From assembly GCA_963666975.2 (NCBI GenBank), contig CAXVYR010000003.1, positions 1,216,001-1,280,000 on the forward strand: DNA of 64,000 bases, read 5' to 3'. The position numbers and the translations under genes are program-made. Under the pieces are notes generated by a model. It worked only from the letters and a program-made list of their open reading frames with translations, did no database searches and was not told the DNA's origin. The stretch comes from Terriglobia bacterium (GTDB lineage Bacteria; Acidobacteriota; Terriglobia; 2-12-FULL-54-10). Positions 1 to 10,600 of this stretch are shown here, in pieces (position 1 is the first letter of the stretch; every line of letters starts with the position of its first letter).

Positions 1-1
1 G

Positions 2-1378
2 CAAGGCAGCTATCGGATTAAGAACCTGGCACCGGGAGAGTATCAAATCAAGGCGGTAACGAAGGGCTACCAAGGCGAGCGAGCCAAGAAGCTGACGTTG
101 AACGACGGCCAATCGTCATCCCTGGATTTCACGATGCAAGAGGGCCGTGTGCAATGGAGCGACCTGTCGATTTATCAGCATAAGAGCCTGTTGCCGGAAG
201 GCGAAGGGAAAAGCACAGCAATTGGAACCTGCCTGGCTTGCCATGGGGTGAGCACCCGCTATGGACGGCGGAGTGAGCAAGGTTGGTACTCGGTCGTTGG
301 GTACATGCGGAAAGCCTTCGGTTATTTCTTAGATGGGCGTATCTCGGATTCCCAGGCAGAGGATGCGGTGTCGTATCTCAATACTGTTTTCGGCGAAGAT
401 TCCGAATTGCCGCGCTATCCCAATGTTCGCCCCCGGGAGTTTAATGATGAGGCGATGAAGATTGTCTACGTGGATTATGAATTGCCGACGCCGAAAACCT
501 TTCCTTGGAGCGGGCAGCCGGATAAAGACGGAAATATCTGGATTGCGGAATACAACACCAATCAATTGGGAATGCTCGACCCGAAAACGGCTGAGTTCCA
601 AGAGTTCCGCGTGCCGGAGCTGGGGCGTGCCGATATCCATAGCGTGACACCCGCGCCGGACGGCACCGTGTGGATTGCGGAAAGCAGCGGTGTCCAAAAG
701 CTTGGCAAGTTCGATCCCCGCACCAAAAAGATTACGGAATACCAGAATCCTGCCACCGCGAGCACCAGGGGCACCATGGTGGGTAGAATACCTACGGTCC
801 GGGTTGACTCGAAAGGAAATGTTTGGACTGCAGGAAATCCGATAAGTCGCTTTGATCCCAAGACAGAAGAATTCACAATCTTCCCGGAGGCTAGGGCCTA
901 TGGGCTCGCCATTGACAAAGAAGACAACGCTTGGTTCACCGACCTCGGTGAGAGCATCCTCGGTAAAATCGATGGGAAAACGGGAAAGGTGACGAAGCGG
1001 GACCCGCCGACTCCGAAGGCTGCCACGAGACGGATAAAAATCGATGACCAGGGCATAATCTGGTTTGCCGAGTATAATGCAGGCAAGATCGGAAGATTCG
1101 ATCCACAGACGGAGACCTTCAAGGAATACCCCCTTCCAGGTCCGTCTCCAACTCCTTACGGGTTGGGGATCGATGGGAACAACCATATTTGGTATGCCTC
1201 CTACGAAACAGATGTGATTGGACGGTTGGACCCGCAGACCGGCGATGTTGTCGAATATCCCATGCCGTACGTAGATAACGCCATCAGGGAGTTGTTCCTG
1301 GATTCGGAAGGGCGGATGTGGTATGGCACGGCCGGCTTCAACAAAGTTGGCTACTTTACTGTCAGCGACGGGCGGTAA
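2..1378 (+). CDS. Vgb (virginiamycin B lyase)-like beta-propeller protein with N-terminal carboxypeptidase-regulatory-like domain and c-type heme motif; 5'-truncated by window edge
   Basis: Frame is open from position 2 (QGSYRIKNLAPGEYQIKAVTKGY...). CLACH = CxxCH motif. About 7 repeats of the type D..G.(I/V)W.A...N.(L/I)G..DP.T. Confidence 0.8.
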   Translation, partial: QGSYRIKNLAPGEYQIKAVTKGYQGERAKKLTLNDGQSSSLDFTMQEGRVQWSDLSIYQHKSLLPEGEGKSTAIGTCLACHGVSTRYGRRSEQGWYSVVGYMRKAFGYFLDGRISDSQAEDAVSYLNTVFGEDSELPRYPNVRPREFNDEAMKIVYVDYELPTPKTFPWSGQPDKDGNIWIAEYNTNQLGMLDPKTAEFQEFRVPELGRADIHSVTPAPDGTVWIAESSGVQKLGKFDPRTKKITEYQNPATASTRGTMVGRIPTVRVDSKGNVWTAGNPISRFDPKTEEFTIFPEARAYGLAIDKEDNAWFTDLGESILGKIDGKTGKVTKRDPPTPKAATRRIKIDDQGIIWFAEYNAGKIGRFDPQTETFKEYPLPGPSPTPYGLGIDGNNHIWYASYETDVIGRLDPQTGDVVEYPMPYVDNAIRELFLDSEGRMWYGTAGFNKVGYFTVSDGR

Positions 1379-1413
1379 GAGCTTCTCACGGGCTGCTCAT
1401 CATAATAGGTTCT

Positions 1414-1500
1414 TGGTGCTGGAGGGGGGAGTCGAACCCCCACGCCCCGAAGGGCGCCAGATTTTGAGTCTGGTGCGTCTGCCAATTCCGCCACTCCAGC
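1414..1500 (-). tRNA. tRNA-Leu (CAA)
   Basis: Reverse complement GCTGGAGTGGCGGAATTGGCAGACGCACCAGACTCAAAATCTGG...GGTTCGACTCCCCCCTCCAGCACCA: anticodon CAA, long variable arm, encoded CCA. Confidence 0.97.
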
Positions 1501-1532
1501 CAGCGTCGTCTTGGGCAGCAAAGCGATGGCGC

Positions 1533-1562
1533 ATTGTAGCAAAGTGCCGGAACAGGAACAAT
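1533..1562 (-). promoter_or_regulatory. Probable sigma70 promoter of tRNA-Leu
   Basis: Minus strand TTGTTC-17 nt-TACAAT with TG extension, about 30 nt upstream of the tRNA. Confidence 0.5.
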
Positions 1563-1643
1563 GCCAGGGTTGATGTCCACAAGAGAAAAAAACACGGAGA
1601 ACCAACAATCGAGTCTGGAAAAGGCGTGCTAGGAGATCGCGGA

Positions 1644-1880
1644 TCACCCCTTTCTTGCCTTATTGAGCAGTTGCTGAGCCTCGGACCGAGGCGGGTCATC
1701 GGGCGTCAAAGGCAAACTTAAATATTGCTCCAGGAGCTTGCGGGCCACATCCCAATTGCGGTTAGCGCGAACATACGTTTTTGCCCTCTCGAATTTGATT
1801 TTGGGACTGCCGGGGGCGAGATGTTCTGCCTGTTCGAAAGCCTCCTCGCTCTCCTCGTGCCTGCCCCAATTTACATCCCG
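1644..1880 (-). pseudogene. C-terminal remnant of a TPR-containing protein
   Basis: GRHEESEEAFEQAEHLAPGSPKIKFERAKTY...ARKLLEQYL is TPR-like. The upstream part of the ORF does not look protein-like. Confidence 0.5.
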
Positions 1881-2218
1881 GCATGTTACACACTCAAGCC
1901 CGTCTTCCGTCCCCTTGCAGCACAGCCCGGAAAGAGGGGGACATATCCGTTCTGCCCTAGCCAGCGGAAGCATACAGAAGCCAGGCACCCACCTGCCTGG
2001 TATCCACAGAATCTTTACTTTTTGGCCAAGGCGCATTAGGATGAGGGTGGGGATTTTCATTATACCGAATCCGAATTAGCCGGAGGACATTCCACACCGG
2101 AAACTGGGGTAAATCGGGAGCTTCCACAGGGACCGAAACGGACCCCCTGCCAAATCCCCGCGCTCCTAGGATACCCCCATAGTCTTTCACTACCCTTCGG
2201 GGGAGATCGGATATTTTT

Positions 2219-3520
2219 ATGGAAGCAACAACCACGGCAACCGCTTCGCTCAAAATTGGCGATAAGTCCGTTGAACTGCCGGTCATCACGGGAACGGAAA
2301 ACGAAAGCGCCATCGACATCTCTCAACTTCGCAAAGAAACTTCCCATGTCACCATCGACCACGGCTTCATGAACACGGGTTCCTGTACCAGCTCGATTAC
2401 CTTTCTCGACGGAGAAAAGGGCATCCTGCGGTATCGGGGGATCCCTATCGAACAGCTTGCCGAGAAACCCAATTTTATCGAGACGGCCTATTTATTGATT
2501 TACGGAAACCTTCCCACTCGGGATGAGATGGCAAAGTTCTCCACCCTGCTAAACCGCCACTCCATGATCCATGAGGACATGAAGCGGTTTTTTGACGGTT
2601 ACCCCAGCACAGCCCATCCCATGGCGATGCTCTCTGCCATGACCTGTTCTTTGTCCAGTTATTACCCGCAAGCGCTCGAGCCTCAAAACAAAGAGCAGAT
2701 GGACCTGATGATCGGACGGCTCCTGGCAAAAATGCCTACGATCGCGGCGTTTTCCTATAAGAAGTCTATAGGGCAACCCTTCATTTATCCCCTCAATTCC
2801 TTGAGCTACTGCGCCAACATTCACCAGATGATGTTCGCTGTGCCTGCCGAGGAATACCGTGCGGATGAGGATCTGGACCATGTGCTCAACCTCCTGCTGA
2901 TCCTGCACGCCGACCATGAGCAGAACTGCAGCACCTCCACGGTGCGGCTGGTTGGCAGCAGCCAGGCGAATCTGTTCGCCTCCATTTCGGCGGGCATCCT
3001 GGCGCTGTGGGGCCCCCTGCACGGCGGAGCGAACCAGGAAGTCATGAACATGCTGCAGACTATCCATGAGAACGGGGGAGACACCGACAAATACATCGCC
3101 ATGGCCAAGGACAAAAAATCTTCCTTCCGGCTCATGGGGTTTGGGCATCGGGTTTACAAAAACTTCGACCCGCGGGCGAAGATCATCAAGCGGGCCTGCG
3201 ACAAAGTGCTCAACAAGATGGGAATTCACGACCCCCTGCTGGACATCGCTAAGAAACTGGAAGAGCACGCTTTGAAGGATGAATTTTTCATCGAGCGCAA
3301 GCTCTACCCCAATGTCGATTTCTACAGCGGCATCATCTACAAAGCGCTCGGAATTCCCGTTAACATGTTTACGGTGATGTTCGCCTTGGGAAGGCTGCCT
3401 GGATGGATTGCTCACTGGAAGGAGATGCTGGAGTCGCCCAATACCAAGATCGGCCGGCCCCGCCAAATCTATACAGGGAAGACCGTCCATGACTACACGC
3501 CTATTGATAAACGCGGCTAA
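2219..3520 (+). CDS. gltA: Citrate synthase (type II-like)
   Basis: ILHADHEQNCST, WGPLHGGAN, GFGHRVYKNFDPRA and YPNVDFYSG motifs. Confidence 0.97.
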   Translation: MEATTTATASLKIGDKSVELPVITGTENESAIDISQLRKETSHVTIDHGFMNTGSCTSSITFLDGEKGILRYRGIPIEQLAEKPNFIETAYLLIYGNLPTRDEMAKFSTLLNRHSMIHEDMKRFFDGYPSTAHPMAMLSAMTCSLSSYYPQALEPQNKEQMDLMIGRLLAKMPTIAAFSYKKSIGQPFIYPLNSLSYCANIHQMMFAVPAEEYRADEDLDHVLNLLLILHADHEQNCSTSTVRLVGSSQANLFASISAGILALWGPLHGGANQEVMNMLQTIHENGGDTDKYIAMAKDKKSSFRLMGFGHRVYKNFDPRAKIIKRACDKVLNKMGIHDPLLDIAKKLEEHALKDEFFIERKLYPNVDFYSGIIYKALGIPVNMFTVMFALGRLPGWIAHWKEMLESPNTKIGRPRQIYTGKTVHDYTPIDKRG

Positions 3521-3752
3521 AGCCAATTCGGGGCCTCTGCCTTCGGTTGCGGACCATCATGAGGCCCCCCCACCTGTCCCACGGCACTGCGGCACTTGCT
3601 CATGTCTTTTACGGGTGTAAGTGCGTATCTGGTCATGGAAAACCTCCCCAGCTTCTCTCCCTTGCCACTGCCTCGTTAGGAATCGCCAGAAAACCAAGCC
3701 ATTGCGACGCCCGTGATACCATAAACACATACTGTGTGTGCCAGGATGCTCT

Positions 3753-6335
3753 ATGGCTCTTCCCTTATCTTTTTTCTGGAGTTTTATCGTCCGTCCCCTG
3801 TGGGGAACGGGACGGGCGGGGGACCGTCTGCGCACAACGCTCAGCATCCTGGCCGTGGCTTTGGGCGTGGGCGTCATTGTTGCCATCCAGCTTGCCAACC
3901 GCAGCTCTATCGACTCCTTTGAATCTTCGCTAACGGAGATTTCCGGACGGACCAACCTTTCCATCCTGGCCCCGAACGGAATTGATGAACAGCTTCTGCC
4001 GCAAGTGGCGGAGATGCTGGGAACGGAAACGAGGATTTCTCCGGTGATGGAATCCACTGCGGTGGTGGCTTCCACGCAGGAAGTTCTGCGGGTTTTGGGA
4101 ATTGACATCGTGCAAGACAGCCTCTTTCGCGACATCTCTCTTGCAGGAGCAAGCATCTCGCAGCGAGCTTTCCTATCGCTGCTCTCCGATCCTCACTCGC
4201 TGGTAGTAGGCCAAGATTTTGCACGGCGCTACGGGTTGAGTGCAGGCTCGACGATTCGCTTGCTGCTGAACGACCGTGCGGACTCCTATACGGTGCGCGG
4301 GATTCTCGCGCCCGAAGGCCCCGGCAAGACGCTCGCGGGCAGCATCGCGGTCATGGACATCGCTGCAGCTCAGCTTGCTTTCGGGCGCCTCGGCAAACTG
4401 GACCGCCTGGATTTAATTGTCCCGCCGGAACAACTGGCTGCCTACCAGAACAAACTCGCCGCCGAATTACCATCCGGTTGGAGAGTCGAAAGGCCGGAAG
4501 CCCGCGCAGAACAAGCCGGCAAGATGTTGCGCGCGTTCCGCTGGAATCTGACAGCCCTCAGCTACATTTCCCTTGTCGTCGGAGCATTCCTCATCTACAA
4601 CACGATTGCCATATCGGTCATTCGCCGCCGCGCAGAAATCGGCACCCTGCGGTCGCTCGGAGCCACGCGAGGCGAGGTGCTCCGCCTTTTCCTGGGCGAG
4701 GCGTTATTGCTGGGTTTTGCGGGAGGATTGGCGGGCATTGGACTGGGAAGAGCCCTTTCCGGGCTGGCTCTCCGAGCGGTTTCGGGAACCGTCAATACTT
4801 TGTACCTGGCGGCTCCTCCCTCCCCGATCCATTTAACCCCGGGGCTGGTGGCTGGAGCCCTGGCGATCGGGCTGCTGACGGCTTTTTTCTCCGCGCTGCT
4901 GCCCGCCATGGAAACCACAGGCATCCTGCCCGCTGAAGCCCTGCAACAGGGCGCCCATGAACAACATCGCCGACTTGCATTGCGGCGCTACGCCGTGATG
5001 GGAATAATAACTCTTGGTTGTGCTTTCCTCGCCGCACTGCTGCCGTCTGTGGGCGGTTTGCCGCTGTTCGGATACCTCGCAACGCTGCTCGTCATTGTAG
5101 CCTTTTCTTTTTTCATGCCGTTGTTGCTCGCGATCTTCACACGCGCAGTAGACCGGCCCGTACGCGCATTAGCCGGCGTGGAAGGCCAGTTGGCGGGGCG
5201 CGGGCTGGCCGCCTCGCCGATTCGGATCTCGATTCTTGCCATGTCCCTGGCCACTGCCGTTGCGATGATGTCCAGTGTTGCAATCCTGGTGGGCAGCTTT
5301 CGGCAAACGGTGACCGTTTGGGCCGACCAGACGTTGCGGGCCGATCTTTTCCTGAAACCTGCCGCGCAGCGCGGCAACAGCACCGACGCCACCATCCCAG
5401 CCGAGGCAATCGCCATGGTTCGCTCCAGCCCTGGCGTCGAAGCGGTGGACGCGTTCCGGGGCGTCGAAATCGTCTATCAAGGCAACGCGGCCCTGCTCGG
5501 TTCCGGCCAGTGGGAGACCCTGGTCCGTCACGGGAATCTCCTGTTCGTGGACGGACGCTCTCCGCAAGAGGTGCTCTCCGGCGATCCCGCCCGGCTGGCC
5601 ATCGTCTCGGAACCCTTTGCCCACCACAACAGTATTCGGCAAGGACAGGAGATTGCAATCGACACTCCCTCCGGCAGGACTTCGTTTCAAGTAGCAGGAA
5701 TCTACTACGACTACGCCAACGACCGGGGAACTGTAATCATCGATCGTGAAATCTACCGCCGGTTGTTTCACGATGACACGGCCACCGCGCTGGCCATCTA
5801 CCTGGAGCCGGGCGCCGACAGTGAACAAGTACGCGCAGGTTTATGGAATACATTAGGAGAGCAAGGATACCAATTTCTTATCACGCCAAATGCCGTTTTG
5901 CAGCAAGCCGTGCTCCGCGTCTTTGACCGGACGTTTTCCATCACATATGCCCTGGAAGCAATCGCAATCCTAGTAGCGGCTCTGGGCATCGCCAACGCCC
6001 TGCTGGCCTTGACCCTGGAACGACGCCGGGAGCTGGGGATCCTCCGAATGCTGGGCGCTACCGCCAGGCAATTGAAGAAAATAATCCTCACCGAGGCCGC
6101 GCTGGTCGGCTTGCTCGGCAACTTGACTGGCTGGCTGATGGGCCTGCTTTTATCACTGATCTTGATCTTCACGATCAACAAACAATCGTTTGGATGGACC
6201 ATCCAGTTCGTTTACCCGGCGGGTTTTCTGGCCCTCTCCGGGGCGGCGATATGGCTGGTGACGATTGCTTCCGGACTTTATCCGGCTCGCGTGGCCGCCC
6301 GCCTGATCCCTTCCGAGGTGGTTACTATCGAATGA
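3753..6335 (+). CDS. FtsX/MacB-like ABC transporter permease (duplicated architecture, AttF/AttG-like)
   Basis: Two FtsX-type units (RRRAEIGTLRSLGATR; ERRRELGILRMLGAT), many TM helices, C-terminal FGWTIQF. Confidence 0.88.
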   Translation: MALPLSFFWSFIVRPLWGTGRAGDRLRTTLSILAVALGVGVIVAIQLANRSSIDSFESSLTEISGRTNLSILAPNGIDEQLLPQVAEMLGTETRISPVMESTAVVASTQEVLRVLGIDIVQDSLFRDISLAGASISQRAFLSLLSDPHSLVVGQDFARRYGLSAGSTIRLLLNDRADSYTVRGILAPEGPGKTLAGSIAVMDIAAAQLAFGRLGKLDRLDLIVPPEQLAAYQNKLAAELPSGWRVERPEARAEQAGKMLRAFRWNLTALSYISLVVGAFLIYNTIAISVIRRRAEIGTLRSLGATRGEVLRLFLGEALLLGFAGGLAGIGLGRALSGLALRAVSGTVNTLYLAAPPSPIHLTPGLVAGALAIGLLTAFFSALLPAMETTGILPAEALQQGAHEQHRRLALRRYAVMGIITLGCAFLAALLPSVGGLPLFGYLATLLVIVAFSFFMPLLLAIFTRAVDRPVRALAGVEGQLAGRGLAASPIRISILAMSLATAVAMMSSVAILVGSFRQTVTVWADQTLRADLFLKPAAQRGNSTDATIPAEAIAMVRSSPGVEAVDAFRGVEIVYQGNAALLGSGQWETLVRHGNLLFVDGRSPQEVLSGDPARLAIVSEPFAHHNSIRQGQEIAIDTPSGRTSFQVAGIYYDYANDRGTVIIDREIYRRLFHDDTATALAIYLEPGADSEQVRAGLWNTLGEQGYQFLITPNAVLQQAVLRVFDRTFSITYALEAIAILVAALGIANALLALTLERRRELGILRMLGATARQLKKIILTEAALVGLLGNLTGWLMGLLLSLILIFTINKQSFGWTIQFVYPAGFLALSGAAIWLVTIASGLYPARVAARLIPSEVVTIE

Positions 6336-7510
6336 TAATGATGCGGCGAATGAAACTCCTCCAATGGACTCTCCTGGCCCTTCTCGCGACGGCAGCCACT
6401 CTGGTGAATCCTTTTGTTGGTCGAAGTGCAACTCCGGAAGAAGAGAAGACTCGCAGCGAGCAGAGCAGCCGCCGCTACTGCCGTGCACTTCCCGGATATC
6501 GCTTTGAATTTCCGCGCGACCACTTTTCCCATCCCTGTTACAAGGTGGAGTGGTGGTACTTCACCGGCAATCTGGCCGCAGAAAGCGGCCATCGCTTCGG
6601 CTACGAGCTAACCTTCTTTCGCGTGGGAGTGGACAATCCTTATCCCAACCCTTCCCGCTGGCGCGTGGACGATCTTTATCTGGCCCACTTTGCCATCAGC
6701 GATCTCGGAAATAAAAAATTTTTCTATACCCAAAGGCTCAACAGAAAGGGAATCGGGCTGGCCGGGGCCAGGCAAAACCAGAGACGGATTTGGAACGGAA
6801 ATTGGGTCGCCGAATTCACAGGACAAGGCTGGAAGTTGGAAGCAGCGGAAGGAAAAAACCGGATCGGTTTCGAGCTGCGGTCATTGAAGGCGCCGGTCAT
6901 TCAGGGAAAAAACGGTGTCAGTCAGAAAGCAGACGGAGAGGGCAATGCCTCCCACTACTATTCTCTGACACGCCTGGAAACATCGGGCCAATTGGAAATC
7001 GGAGGCGCGTCATATCCCGTAACAGGTTTGTCTTGGATGGACCATGAATTCGCCACCAACCAATTGCAACCCGATCAAGCGGGATGGGATTGGGCGAGCA
7101 TGCAGATGGAGGACGGCACGGAGTGGATGATCTACCAGTTGCGCCGAAGGGGAGGTGCTCGCGATCCGCATTCGGCGGGAAGCTTTGTGGCCCGCGACGG
7201 CCGAACCGTGCAACTGGAGGACGGAGATTACCAGATGGTTCCGCTCGAATATTGGAAAAGCCCTCATACAGGCGGCGTCTACCCCATCCGATGGCGTGTA
7301 CTTGTTCCTCGGTTGGGCCTCGACGTAGAACTTAGCACAGAGCTGCCCGACCAAGAACTGGTGACGCGGGAAAGCACTGGTTTGAACTACTGGGAGGGAA
7401 GCATTCTGGTCCAAGGCACAAGGAACGGGAAGCCCGTCCAAGGACGAGGGTATCTCGAAATGACCGGCTACGCGGGCCCGTTGCAACCGGAGCTTTATCC
7501 TTCCGAGTAG
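6332..7510 (+). CDS. AttH/CrtC-like secreted lipocalin-fold protein
   Basis: FPRDHFSHP..VEWWYFTGNL, ASHYYS, SWMDHEF, GWDW, YWEG and GYLEMTGY motifs. Signal peptide. ATGA overlap with the permease. Confidence 0.88.
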   Translation: MIMMRRMKLLQWTLLALLATAATLVNPFVGRSATPEEEKTRSEQSSRRYCRALPGYRFEFPRDHFSHPCYKVEWWYFTGNLAAESGHRFGYELTFFRVGVDNPYPNPSRWRVDDLYLAHFAISDLGNKKFFYTQRLNRKGIGLAGARQNQRRIWNGNWVAEFTGQGWKLEAAEGKNRIGFELRSLKAPVIQGKNGVSQKADGEGNASHYYSLTRLETSGQLEIGGASYPVTGLSWMDHEFATNQLQPDQAGWDWASMQMEDGTEWMIYQLRRRGGARDPHSAGSFVARDGRTVQLEDGDYQMVPLEYWKSPHTGGVYPIRWRVLVPRLGLDVELSTELPDQELVTRESTGLNYWEGSILVQGTRNGKPVQGRGYLEMTGYAGPLQPELYPSE

Positions 7511-7552
7511 AGCAGCTTTAGGGTTGGCGTGATGCGGATTGTTTGTGAATCC

Positions 7553-7644
7553 ATCCGAGCCGCGATAGGAATGGAGCGGTCAACCCAGCTTGGGTTGCTC
7601 ACATGGCGTTCGAGGGTCCGCTTGCTTGCGCGCGCGGCTCTGAT
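7553..7644. repeat. REP/MITE-like palindromic element between convergent genes
   Basis: ATCCGAGCCGCG..GAGCGG pairs with CCGCTT..CGCGGCTCTGAT. Internal hairpin CAACCCA-GCT-TGGGTTG. Confidence 0.6.
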
Positions 7645-7689
7645 TGGCTTGTTCCAGTAAACCTTGATCTACCACTATCACGAGACGCT

Positions 7690-10600
7690 CTAGTCCCCTC
7701 CCCCGGCAGGCAACGGCTCAGGCTCCTCGGTGCTGGCCACCTTGCGCTTCTCGGTACGGTCCTCGGCAATGGCGTAGAGGGTGGGTATGAAGAGAAGAGT
7801 AATCAGGGTAGAAGTCAGCAGCCCCCCGATCACCACGCGCGCCATCGGCGCCTGCACTTCGCCGCCTTCGCCGAAACCCAGCGCCATGGGAGTGAGCGCG
7901 AACACGGTCGTAAGGGTCGTCATCAAGATGGGCCGCAGGCGGCGGCGTCCGGCCAGCGTAACGGCTTCAAACACCGACAGACCGTCGCGACGCCGCATCA
8001 GGTTGGCGTAATCAACCAACAAGATGGCGTTGCTGACGACGATGCCGGCCAGCATGATGACCCCCAGAAAGGCCTGGATGCTGAACGTGGTCCCGGTGAG
8101 AAACAGCATCAGCGCCACACCGACGGCGGCCAGCGGGATGGAGAATAAAATAATAAAAGGGTCGCGCCAGGATTCGAACTGGGCGGCCATCACCATGTAG
8201 ACCAGAAGAACTGCCAGAATCAAGCCGAAGAGCAACTGCCGGAAGGATTCCTGCTGCTCTTCATACTCGCCTCCATAGAGAATGGCAAAATCCTGCGGGA
8301 GCTGGGAACGAAGCGGCTCCAGCCGCGTCTGGATGTCGCTCATCACCGAACCCAGGTCGCGCCCGTCGAAGTTGGCGGATACGGTTATGATCCGCTCCCG
8401 GTCCTGGCGTTGAATCGCTACGGGACCCTCCTGCCGTTGCATGGAGATCAGGCTCCCTACCGGCACCGTATTTCCGGCAGGCGTGGCGACCGGGATGTGG
8501 CCGACGTTATCGAGGCTCGACCGGTCGGCTTCCCGCAGCCGCACCAGGATGTTGTACTCATCTCCATCCTCCCGGTACATGCCTGCCTGCTGCCCTCCGA
8601 CTGCCGTCTCCAGCACTCCACCCAGCTCATTCACGTTCAGCCCGAGCATGGCAGCCTTGATGCGGTCCACCTGGATCAGCATCTCCGGCAAACCGTCTTC
8701 CCGGCTGATGCGGGCATCGGTGACGCCGGGAACCGCTTCCACCAAGTCCTTGACTTCATTGGCCAGCTCAGTGGCGTATTGCAGGTTGTAGCCCCGTATC
8801 TCAACCGAAGCTCGCTCTTGACCCTGGCCGCCTGATAACATTCTGGTAAAATGCATGCCGCCGGAAGCCCGCGTACGAACCTGCACTCCCGGCTCAAAGT
8901 TGCCGAGCCTGCGATTCAAGGTAGCCGCAATCTCCTGAGTGGAGCGGTCGCGGCTGGCGCGCTCGCCTAACCGAAGCGTAATTTGGCCTCTGTGTGCCCC
9001 AGAGTTGCCATAACCGCCGCCTCCACCTCCAGACCCCACCTGGACCATCACGTTCTCAATCTCAGGAACCTCCTCCTGTAAAACCGCTTCCACCCGCCGT
9101 GTGACCTCGTCGGTAGTTTCCAGGCGCGTGCCGGGCGGCAACTCCACGCTGACTCGCACCTCGCCTTCATCGGTCTGCGGCATCAGTTCTACCCCGATGA
9201 AAGGAACAAGCAGAAGGGTCATAGCAAAAGCAGCCAACCCGCCCGCCACAACCGTCTTGCGATGGAACAGCGCCCAGCCAACCGCTTTCTGGTACCGCAG
9301 ATCGATTCTGTCCAAAAAGCCGCCAATTCCCTGAGAAATACGCCGCAACTGAGGGTGCTGTTGTTCGGAAGGAAGCTCCACCCGCAGATATTTGAAGCAC
9401 AGCATGGGAATCAATGTCAGGGCTACCAGCAAGGAGCAGAACAAAGCAAACGCCACCGTCAGGGCCAGCTGACTGAACAGGACATTGGCTAAGCCGCTCA
9501 GAAACGCAACCGGAACGAAAACGACAATGGTGGTGAGGGTGGCGGCCACGATGGCATTACTGACCTCGCTGCTGCCCACGCGGGCCGCTTCTTCGCGCGA
9601 TTTGCCCGCCTCGCGATGCCGGAAGGTATTTTCCATCACGACGATGGCATCATCAACAAGACGGCCTACCCCCAGGGCCAGCCCTCCCAAGGTCATGACG
9701 TTCAGCGTAAAGCCGGAAAAATAAAGCAAAGCACAGGTCGCAATCAACGACACCGGGATGGCGAGAGAAACGATCAGTGTGCTGCGCAGATTGCGCAGAA
9801 AAAACAGCAAGATCAGCACCGCGAGCAAAGCGCCTTCCAGCGCGTGGTCGCGGACCGAGCGAATGGACCTCTCAATAAAAGTGGAAGTGTCCATCAGTGG
9901 CCAGACTTCTATTCTGGGGTAGTCCCGGTTGATTCGCTCGATTTCGGCGCGAACCCCCCGAGCTACCGCCGCCGTATTGGCCCCCGATTGTTTTTGAACG
10001 GTCATGCGGACCGCCTGCTGGTCATTGATGCGGATGATCTGCTGTTCGTCCTCCCAGGCGTCCTCAATATCCGCCACATCGCGCAAATAAACCGGGATTC
10101 CTCTCCGTGTGGTCAGCACCAGACCCTGAATCTGCGCGATGCTTTGGAACTCTCCCTGTGTCCGCAACAACAGTTCGTAACGCCCTTCCTGCACGGGCCC
10201 GCCCGGAAGATTTGTATTTTCCCTGCGGATTAGATTGACTACTTCATTAACGGAAAGGTTGAGCGACTGCAACTTCTCGAGCGCCAGATTCACATGGATT
10301 TCCCTCCGCAGCCCGCCCCGCACTTCCGCCTGCGCCACCCCGGGCACGCGCTCGATCCTGTACTGAATCTGGTCCTCGGTAAGCCGGCGCAGTTCACGAG
10401 GCCCCATATCGCCGGCAACGGCCAGGAACATGATCGGAAACTGGGACAGGTCAAACTTGAACATGATCGGGGGTTCGCTGCCCTCCGGCAATGACCTGCG
10501 AAGCCGGTCGAGCCGAGTGCGCAGCTCGTCGGACGCCTCGTCCAGGTCGGTCCCCCAATCGAAGGCGACCACAACACGGCTCTGCCCTTCCGTGGAAGAA

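Noticed and set aside
1380-1420. tRNA-Leu or tRNA-Ala as integration site of an island/prophage
   Set aside because: No integrase and no duplicated tRNA 3' end (att) seen within the window.
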